This document shows, piece by piece, positions 7,746 through 14,685 of a DNA stretch of 24,967 bases; position 1 is the first letter of the stretch, and every line of letters begins with the position of its first letter. The notes under the pieces are model-generated. The model saw only the letters and a list, made by a program, of their open reading frames with translations. It made no database searches and was not told where the DNA came from. A program made the position numbers and the translations under genes. This DNA comes from a virus (lineage: Duplodnaviria; Caudoviricetes), in the IMG/VR virus record IMGVR_UViG_3300020045_013322, positions 1 through 24,967 of that record, one strand, 5' to 3'.

Positions 7746-8450
7746 TCAAACATTGACTTTTTTTATTCCGGCGACAATAAGCGCCGGTAAAAACGCGGGG
7801 GATTTGCGAAATTCAACAAGTTTGCGTTCCCACATAGCGACTTGATATGGGGTTTTTGCAGTACGTCCATGATCTCGTAAAAGGCCGTGATATAAACTGG
7901 CTTTAGCAAATCCTGCACCAAGTGCATCAATCATCATTTCCGCCATTATCAAGCAGTCTTTCAAATCAAACACTCGCCACTCTGAAACGTCGTAGTCATT
8001 GACGTGCAAATATAGACCGAATTTCTCCACTGTCGCCAACCTTGCCAACGGCCATAAACGCCGTTTAACGTCGGTTGTCATGACCCCAGCAATAGGAGTA
8101 TCGGAGGGCAGTGTTGTGATTTCCTTAAGAACATCAAGCCACGGGCGCTTGTCTTCGACCACTGAATCATGGCTAATAACCACATATTCCAGCTTATCGC
8201 CATAAGCAATATAGTTTCCCGGTCTGGATTTTCCGACGGCAAAAAGCCACGCACAAGCAGGGCAAACATGTTTTCCGAAGCGGAAAAAATCGGCATGATT
8301 TGCCATATTAGCGGTTTCGATTTTTTTTAGAGGAACGCCACTAGATGTAGGAGCGGCACAAACAGAGCATACGCCGCTTGCCCCCTCCTCGTCATAAGGG
8401 TGACCGGGCCTTCCGGCGGCAATCCACGTATGTTGCGTAGCTGGTGTCAT
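7746..8450 (-). CDS. csf1: Type IV CRISPR-Cas Csf1 (Cas8-like large subunit)
   Basis: N-terminal AAGRP, zinc finger CSVC...VCPACAW, 234 aa, first gene of the csf operon. Confidence 0.8.
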   Translation of the reverse strand: MTPATQHTWIAAGRPGHPYDEEGASGVCSVCAAPTSSGVPLKKIETANMANHADFFRFGKHVCPACAWLFAVGKSRPGNYIAYGDKLEYVVISHDSVVEDKRPWLDVLKEITTLPSDTPIAGVMTTDVKRRLWPLARLATVEKFGLYLHVNDYDVSEWRVFDLKDCLIMAEMMIDALGAGFAKASLYHGLLRDHGRTAKTPYQVAMWERKLVEFRKSPAFLPALIVAGIKKVNV

Positions 8451-8479
8451 GACATAAGATATTTTAATATATTATTCCA

Positions 8480-8531
8480 TAAAAATACTAGATTTTTTAA
8501 AAAATTAATATATATTTACTTTATGTTCGGC
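8480..8531 (+). repeat. 52-bp direct repeat, right copy
   Basis: Identical to 1697-1748; lies 30 nt upstream of the csf1 start. Confidence 0.97.
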
Positions 8532-8568
8532 CAAAAACAAAAATATAAAAAAGGAAACTATTTACGCC

Positions 8569-8667
8569 AACATCGCCCGCGACTGTGAGTTCCTTATTTC
8601 TATTTTTGTTGCACTCTTTGGTCGGACACTGCGACATAGAAGTAGTCGCGGGCGTTGTTTTTTTTTT
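8569..8667 (+). ncRNA. Candidate structured small RNA or attenuator (long hairpin plus U tract)
   Basis: 8569-8584 pairs with 8644-8659 (15/16); inner stems 8596-8603/8636-8643 and 8608-8613/8630-8635 each contain a G-U pair; 10 T at 8658-8667. Confidence 0.5.
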
Positions 8668-8732
8668 CCTAAAAATTAATATATAATCGTGATATACCGA
8701 TAACGGTACCCCCAGCAAAAGAAAGGACAAAT

Positions 8733-9116
8733 ATGGTTTTTCAAGTAGATGACCAAACGCTTGATTTTTTTAAACGAAATTTCAATAACACGCATTATAA
8801 AAATCTTCGATCCACCTACCTTGCATTATGCGAACTCAATAAAGAAGACGGACACATATGGAATTTCACAAAAACAGTCGCTGCTTATGCGGGAACACAC
8901 CCCGATACAATTCGCCCATATCTACACGCATTACAAAAATCAGGAATTATTAATTATCGACAATTAAATGAGGGTGGGGCGTTTGGGGCGACTACATTAT
9001 CTATATTCCGTTGGGATGGAGAAGAAGAAAAAACAGCAAAACTAATCTATCGTCATCTCCCCGAAAACAAAAATCGTAAAGCAAACATTGACGCATATAG
9101 AGAAACAACATCATGA
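8733..9116 (+). CDS. Winged-helix DNA-binding protein
   Basis: VAAYAGTHPDTIRPYLHALQKSGII HTH signature; ATGA-coupled to the next gene. Confidence 0.75.
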   Translation: MVFQVDDQTLDFFKRNFNNTHYKNLRSTYLALCELNKEDGHIWNFTKTVAAYAGTHPDTIRPYLHALQKSGIINYRQLNEGGAFGATTLSIFRWDGEEEKTAKLIYRHLPENKNRKANIDAYRETTS

Positions 9117-10426
9117 CAAATAAGGAAAATAACTTCCAAGAAACAAAAAAAAACCAAAAACAATCCCCAACAATAGACAAACAAAAACAAACGCTGGCAT
9201 TAGAAGCATTAAGCGCGGACGGATTCCTGATGATAAATAAAAAGCTAGCTTCTCATTTCGGATTAGAATTGGCTGGATATATCAGTAACCTAGTAGACAA
9301 ATATAAATATTTTCAAAAACATGGAAAATTGGACACAGACATGTCTTTTTTCCTCACGCACTCAGACCAATGCGTGCAAATAGGAATCACAGAACGCCGA
9401 ATAAGAAAACATAAAAAAACACTCAAAGATTTGGGAATACTTAATACAAAAATGAGAGGCGTCCCGCCAAAAGAATTTTATATCTTAGACATAAATAAAC
9501 TGATATCCAAATTTTTAAATCCCAATCCTGACGAAACCGTAAGGAATAATGGTGACGAAACCGTAAGGAATAATGGTGACGAAACCGTAAGGAATAATGG
9601 TGACGAAACCGTAAGGAATAATGGTGACGAAACCGTAAGGAATATTAAGGATAACAAATATAAGGATAACAAATATAAGGATAACAAATATAAGGATACT
9701 AATAATATTATTAGTGAAAATTCAGATAATGAACAGAATCAATCTAATGAAGTAAATTGCCCATATGAAAAAATTAAAAAATCATTTCATAAATATTGTC
9801 CATCTCTACCAAAAGTAAAAATATTATCTGAACAAAGAAAAACAACAATAAAAGCAAGGTGGAAACAATATGACTATCAATTATCCATTTTTAAAGAATT
9901 ATTTATAAAAACAGAAAAAAGTGATTTCTTATCTGGAAAAAGTAAGGCTTGGACCAAATGTGATTTTGATTGGTTGTTGAAAGAAGCGAACATGACAAAA
10001 GTGTTAGAGGGAAAATATGACAACAAACAACCTTCCATTCGTGAAAATCTAGTTGATCCCAAAGAATTGATAAAACAAGAATATTCCAACAAAGAACTCG
10101 ACTCTATTTTTTATGATAAGTGCTACATACTTGCAAAAGAAGTATTTCAACTAGACTCATCCCAATTAGCGGAGGCGCTAATTGATTTAGAAATCAAAAT
10201 TACTACAGAACAGAATAAACTTCGTCCAAATATCCGCCAACTTTTGCCCGGCTCAATCCAATTAGTGATTGATTATGTCAAATGGCTGGATGCGCAAACC
10301 TGGATAAATGATTACCAGCCATCAATGCTTGGTGTTGATTCCCGGTTATTTTCTAAATTCAGAAGACATCAAGCAAAAGCGGATTCACAAGAACGTGATC
10401 CGATGACCGGACGATCATATTTGTGA
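9113..10426 (+). CDS. Replication initiator / replisome-organiser-like protein
   Basis: N-terminal wHTH, central tandem-repeat linker, FDWLLKEANMTKVLEGKYD motif typical of phage initiators; upstream of the helicase. Confidence 0.75.
   Translation: MTNKENNFQETKKNQKQSPTIDKQKQTLALEALSADGFLMINKKLASHFGLELAGYISNLVDKYKYFQKHGKLDTDMSFFLTHSDQCVQIGITERRIRKHKKTLKDLGILNTKMRGVPPKEFYILDINKLISKFLNPNPDETVRNNGDETVRNNGDETVRNNGDETVRNNGDETVRNIKDNKYKDNKYKDNKYKDTNNIISENSDNEQNQSNEVNCPYEKIKKSFHKYCPSLPKVKILSEQRKTTIKARWKQYDYQLSIFKELFIKTEKSDFLSGKSKAWTKCDFDWLLKEANMTKVLEGKYDNKQPSIRENLVDPKELIKQEYSNKELDSIFYDKCYILAKEVFQLDSSQLAEALIDLEIKITTEQNKLRPNIRQLLPGSIQLVIDYVKWLDAQTWINDYQPSMLGVDSRLFSKFRRHQAKADSQERDPMTGRSYL
9529..9644 (+). 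repeat. 24-bp tandem repeat, 4 full copies plus 20 nt (iteron-like)
   Basis: TGACGAAACCGTAAGGAATAATGG perfect units starting at 9529, 9553, 9577, 9601, 9625. Confidence 0.97.
9646..9698 (+). repeat. 15-bp AT-rich tandem repeat, 3.5 copies
   Basis: TAAGGATAACAAATA units at 9646, 9661, 9676 and partial at 9691. Confidence 0.97.
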
Positions 10427-10466
10427 TCATGCACGAAATAGTATAAAAAAATATTTAAAATATTAC

Positions 10467-10495
10467 TTGACTATCCGATATATAGGGTATATTAT
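10467..10495 (+). promoter_or_regulatory. Sigma70-type promoter TTGACT-N17-TATTAT
   Basis: Near-consensus boxes, AT-rich upstream region, followed by the repeated leader. Confidence 0.8.
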
Positions 10496-10498
10496 ATA

Positions 10499-10531
10499 TA
10501 TTGTAAGGCAGGACGGAAACGAAAGGATTGA
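10499..10531 (+). repeat. Promoter-proximal leader repeat, copy 2
   Basis: TATTGTAAGGCAGGACGGAAACGAAAGGATTGA matches 46-77 (-). Confidence 0.9.
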
Positions 10532-10536
10532 TTGAG

Positions 10537-10836
10537 ATGAACACAGAACAAATCAAGGCTAGGCTGAACGAGATTGCGGACGACAATCTCGGAATCGTCT
10601 ATACGGATTATGGTAGTGGAAGCGCCGGGCCGGGATTTGTGGACTCGAATATACTTCGCGAAATGTGTGCCGCGGGAGATTTTAACGACGTCGTGAGAGT
10701 GCCCATGGACGAAGATTTAGCGATTGGGGCATTTAGCGACACTGGAATAAAGTTTGCCGGAACTGATTGAATACAAATAGAGTACGCACACAAAGACGAT
10801 ACATATTGCCAAATCGGGTGGATATGGATGGATTAG
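10537..10836 (+). pseudogene. Acidic hypothetical protein with an apparent internal TGA at 10768-10770
   Basis: ATG 10537; after TGA the frame continues 21 codons (IQIEYAHKDDTYCQIGWIWMD) to TAG 10836, just before a hairpin and the next RBS. Confidence 0.45.
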
Positions 10837-10866
10837 CCGGATAACCGGCGGGAAGGATTGAGGACG

Positions 10867-11046
10867 ATGGAGACAACTTACTACGTTAGACAGTCAAGGG
10901 ATGGTCATCTTCGTGAAACAGAGGTAAGGTCGAAAGAGATAGCTCTTAAAATAGCTCAAGCGTTCCGGGGATACTATCCTAACGACAGTTTTAAGGAGAT
11001 GGGGAAGAGATTAAAACAGACGAGTCTTTTATTGAACGACGAATAA
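10867..11046 (+). CDS. Small hypothetical protein
   Basis: ATG 10867 after GGATTGAGG RBS; 3' end overlaps the helicase reading frame. Confidence 0.5.
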   Translation: METTYYVRQSRDGHLRETEVRSKEIALKIAQAFRGYYPNDSFKEMGKRLKQTSLLLNDE

Positions 11047-12581
11047 TCACAGGATTAATAATCAGTGGCGATTTTCATTCTCGAATCCAACGCGTATGGA
11101 ATCCAATATTATTAGATTCACCCGAACTAACTATGATAGCCGGTTGGTGTATATCGTATTTTCAAAAATACAACAAGCCCCCGGATGCTAATATTGAATC
11201 AATATACATGGAAAAATTAAAATCTGGAATGAATAAAGACGATGCTCAGTATATTGAAATGATATTGCAAGGACTCAGCGATGAATATGGACGAGATGAG
11301 CAGTTTAATTCGTCTTATTTATATGACCAAACAATACGATATTTTAAAGCCCAAGAGTTAGAAAAACACAATCGATCAATCCAGGCATTGTTAGATAATG
11401 GAGAAATTGATGAAGCAGAAAAATTAGCACAGTCTTATTCCCCGACTATTCTTGAAGATACTGATACCGGGCTTGAGTTATCTAGTGATGCGGCGTTATT
11501 GCGTGTAGAGAGCGCCTTTAACGAGACGCATCAACGAGTTGTTTCGTATCCAGGGGCATTGGGGGAAATGTGGAATCCTCATTTAATTCGGGGGGGTTTC
11601 GTCAGCTTTCTTGGATGCGAAAAACGAGGGAAATCGTTTTGGTTGATGGAAATGGCCATGCGTGCGGTTCGTCAAAAATCTAACGTGGCTTTTTTTGAAG
11701 CTGGGGATATGACAGAAAGTCAAATATTGAGACGAATCTGTATGTATATTTCTAGGAAATCTGACCAGGAACAATATTGCCAAGCAAGATTCAAGCCAAT
11801 CGGCGATTGTGTTCATAACCAAATTGATAATTGTAATAGAGGAGATCGAAATTGCGACCACGGAATATTTGAAAATATTAATTTAGCTTTATTTTTAGAT
11901 CAATTCGATCAATACGTGACCATGGAAACACTACAAGAGAAATATGAACAATTTCCTGATTATGAACCATGCGACAGTCATGGATGTCAAAAAAGAAAAG
12001 GAACTGTATGGATACAAAAAGTAAGGAAAACAACACCATTAACAGCAGAGCATGCAAAAAAGCAACTCCATGCTTTTTTCAAAAAATATAGAAGGCGATT
12101 TAAGCTGACGACATATCCGTCTGGATTTTTAACCGTGTCGGAAATGAGGCGGTGTTTGGATGATTGGGAGCGCCGAGATGGGTTTGTTCCTGATTGTATT
12201 TTTGTTGATTATGCCGATTTATTGTCTGCGGACGACGCTAAGGTTTCTGAATTTCGCCATCGACAAGATCACGTCTGGAAAAATTTAAGAGCGTTGTCAC
12301 AAGAACGCCATGTGATGCTGGCCACCGCGACACAAGCAGATTCCGATAGTTATTTAAAACGACGTTTGTCCATGTCCAATTTTAGTGAGGATAAGCGGAA
12401 ATTAGCACACGTCACCGCGCAATTCGGACTTAATCAAGATCCTCAAGGACATGAAAAAAGTTTGGGGATTATGCGGATAAATGAAATTGTGGTTCGGGAA
12501 GGTGGATTTTCTAATGATAATGATGTCAAAGTATTACAAGATTTAGCATCGGGTCGCCCATTTTTAGAAAGTTATCTCTAG
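11010..12581 (+). CDS. DnaB-like (SF4) replicative helicase with Cys-rich insertion
   Basis: Walker A GCEKRGKS, FFEAGDM, Walker B FVDYAD, ATQ motif. Frame is open from 10995; start uncertain (ATT 11010 proposed, first ATG 11133). Confidence 0.85.
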   Translation: MKTDESFIERRIITGLIISGDFHSRIQRVWNPILLDSPELTMIAGWCISYFQKYNKPPDANIESIYMEKLKSGMNKDDAQYIEMILQGLSDEYGRDEQFNSSYLYDQTIRYFKAQELEKHNRSIQALLDNGEIDEAEKLAQSYSPTILEDTDTGLELSSDAALLRVESAFNETHQRVVSYPGALGEMWNPHLIRGGFVSFLGCEKRGKSFWLMEMAMRAVRQKSNVAFFEAGDMTESQILRRICMYISRKSDQEQYCQARFKPIGDCVHNQIDNCNRGDRNCDHGIFENINLALFLDQFDQYVTMETLQEKYEQFPDYEPCDSHGCQKRKGTVWIQKVRKTTPLTAEHAKKQLHAFFKKYRRRFKLTTYPSGFLTVSEMRRCLDDWERRDGFVPDCIFVDYADLLSADDAKVSEFRHRQDHVWKNLRALSQERHVMLATATQADSDSYLKRRLSMSNFSEDKRKLAHVTAQFGLNQDPQGHEKSLGIMRINEIVVREGGFSNDNDVKVLQDLASGRPFLESYL

Positions 12582-12605
12582 TTTTTGATTTATTTTCTAT
12601 TTAAT

Positions 12606-12637
12606 TTCTATTTAAAATAATGTTAATTTGTATAATA
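12606..12637 (+). promoter_or_regulatory. Phage promoter motif, diverged copy
   Basis: TTCTATTTAAAATAATGTTAATTTGTATAATA; 26/32 identical to the 22245 copy. Confidence 0.75.
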
Positions 12638-12664
12638 TAGTAAATAACATTAAGGGACACCGTT

Positions 12665-12871
12665 ATGAAAAATGATAATGAATTAACTTCAACGCAGATA
12701 GAAAATTGGAGAAAACTACTTGTTGGGATGCTCGGTCCATATGCGCTTATGGCGTCTGCGCATGATGTGCGCGTTTTTAAAGACAAAATGCAGAAGACTA
12801 TTGATGAATGGATAGAAGCAGATATGCCAGGAAGAGAAACGCGTGCCCCTGTTGGAATTTTTCATAAATAA
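12665..12871 (+). CDS. Hypothetical protein
   Basis: 68 aa, AAGGG RBS, abuts the next gene. Confidence 0.7.
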   Translation: MKNDNELTSTQIENWRKLLVGMLGPYALMASAHDVRVFKDKMQKTIDEWIEADMPGRETRAPVGIFHK

Positions 12872-13576
12872 ATGGATAGAATAGATAAGATGAATAGAAA
12901 AACACTTTCCGCAACAGCAGAAGAATTAAATGAAGTCTTAGGATTAGATCCTCCTATCAATGTGCGCCAACGACTTAAAGTTCTTAAGTCCTTGATAATA
13001 CAAGCATCCGAGCTGCTTGAACCAGAAGATGCTATTTCTAAAGAAACAAAAGAAATAGTGGATCAATTATTATCCCAATTAATTAATGAACCATTAGAAA
13101 AAGAACAAGAAGAAACTAAGGAGCATGGCGTTCCTAATGAAGAACTTCCCACTCCATTAGATAGTACGCATATTATTTCAGGACTTAAGGACAATTTAGT
13201 AACTCCTAGGCACGAAGAAACACAAGAAGATTTTCCTAAAGAGACGAATAAAAAAGAAGAAAAAACAGAAGCCGAATTACGCGCAAAAGAAATTATAGAA
13301 CAAGCAAAAGAAGAAGCTAAGGAAAAGAGACGGACTAAAAAAATAACACGTCCTCAAGCATTGGCTCAGGCGTTAAAAAATACAAAAGGACAGATATTTA
13401 CTACTCGGGACATCGTGGCACGGTCTCATATGATCTATGAAAGAGCCACTAAAGATAAGAGTTCTCAAGGAGCTGAAATTGAATGGTTAATTAGTCGGGG
13501 AGCGCTTATTGCGCTTGGCGTGGTTGTAAAAGTCTCACATACTAGATATCAATTTAAGGGGAGAAGCAATGAATAA
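12872..13576 (+). CDS. Hypothetical protein, charged linker with possible C-terminal winged helix
   Basis: 234 aa in operon; E/K-rich middle and basic helical C-terminus. Confidence 0.65.
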   Translation: MDRIDKMNRKTLSATAEELNEVLGLDPPINVRQRLKVLKSLIIQASELLEPEDAISKETKEIVDQLLSQLINEPLEKEQEETKEHGVPNEELPTPLDSTHIISGLKDNLVTPRHEETQEDFPKETNKKEEKTEAELRAKEIIEQAKEEAKEKRRTKKITRPQALAQALKNTKGQIFTTRDIVARSHMIYERATKDKSSQGAEIEWLISRGALIALGVVVKVSHTRYQFKGRSNE

Positions 13577-13606
13577 TGAAAAAATAATCACTAAAGGAGA
13601 AAACAA

Positions 13607-14635
13607 TTGAAGATTAACAAAACGGAACTACAAAACGCATTAGAAAAAGTCCGCCCTGGTTTAGCCAATCGCGATTTGATTGAACAAGCAACTAGTTTTT
13701 CATTTATGGGGAATCGGGTAGTTACTTATAATGATGAAATTAGTATTTCTCATCCGGTAAAGGATTTAGCGATTAAAGGAGCGATTAAAGCCACTGCTCT
13801 TTATGAATTTTTGAATCGAATTAAAAAAGATGAAATCGACATTAAGGAAGAGGAAAATCAAGTCATTATCAAATCGGGAAAATCTAAAGCCGGATTAATA
13901 TTTGAAAATGAAACTAAACTTCCGATTGAAGAAATCGGAGAAATAGGAGATTGGGAAGCTGTCCCGAAGAATTTTATAGAAGCATTAAAATTTTGTCATC
14001 CTATTTGTGCCAATGATATGAGTCGCCCAACACTCACGTGCGTTCATATCACTAATAATAGAGCGGAAGCTTCCGATTCTTGTCAAATTGTGTCTTATGA
14101 TTTTAGTGAAGCGTTATCTATAAAAAGTTGTCTTATTCCAGCGACCTCAGTTCGTGCGCTTGTCAAATATAATGTCACAAAAGTTTCTCTTGGGGAAAGT
14201 TGGATTCATTTTAAAACTGAGGACGGAACTGTGTTCTCATCGCGGATTCTTGACCATAAATTTCCTGATACCAGTATTCATTTTAATACAGAAGGAATTG
14301 ATTTTTGTTTTCCTGAAAATATCGAAGAGATTTTGCAAAGAGCTTTTGTGTTTTCAAAAAGCGCTAACGATACCCCGATGGTTGTGGTCTCTATCAATGA
14401 AAAAGGAAAAATCAAAATAACGTCTAAAAACGAATATGGATGGTTTGAAGAATCCGCCGTAGTTAAGGCCGATTATAACGGTGGTACTATTTCGTTTTCG
14501 GTTGGTATTGAATTTTTGCTTGGTGTGTTTTCTAAAGGACAATCTTGTGTGATTGGAGCTGGTAAAATTAGTTTTACTGGCGAAAATTGGCGGCATGTAG
14601 TCGCTATCATGGCAGATGAAGAAGGCAGTGAGTGA
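13607..14635 (+). CDS. dnaN: Beta-type DNA sliding clamp
   Basis: MKINKTELQNALEKV start, DMSRPTLTCVHI, ASD, SRILDHKFPD motifs; 342 aa. Confidence 0.85.
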   Translation: MKINKTELQNALEKVRPGLANRDLIEQATSFSFMGNRVVTYNDEISISHPVKDLAIKGAIKATALYEFLNRIKKDEIDIKEEENQVIIKSGKSKAGLIFENETKLPIEEIGEIGDWEAVPKNFIEALKFCHPICANDMSRPTLTCVHITNNRAEASDSCQIVSYDFSEALSIKSCLIPATSVRALVKYNVTKVSLGESWIHFKTEDGTVFSSRILDHKFPDTSIHFNTEGIDFCFPENIEEILQRAFVFSKSANDTPMVVVSINEKGKIKITSKNEYGWFEESAVVKADYNGGTISFSVGIEFLLGVFSKGQSCVIGAGKISFTGENWRHVVAIMADEEGSE

Positions 14636-14685
14636 ATTCTTTTGTTGGTACTGGTCATGGAAATGCCGAAAGAATTTAAGAAATT

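Noticed and set aside
8400-8730. ORFs 8400-8588 (+) and 8521-8730 (-)
   Set aside because: They run through the direct repeat, hairpin and homopolymer tracts of a divergent regulatory region and look non-coding
9529-9698. Tandem repeats as the CRISPR array of the type IV system
   Set aside because: Units are contiguous with no spacers and lie in frame inside a coding gene
10768-10770. Genome-wide TGA reassignment
   Set aside because: Many intact genes end in TGA with ATGA coupling (for example 9116, 5668, 3700)
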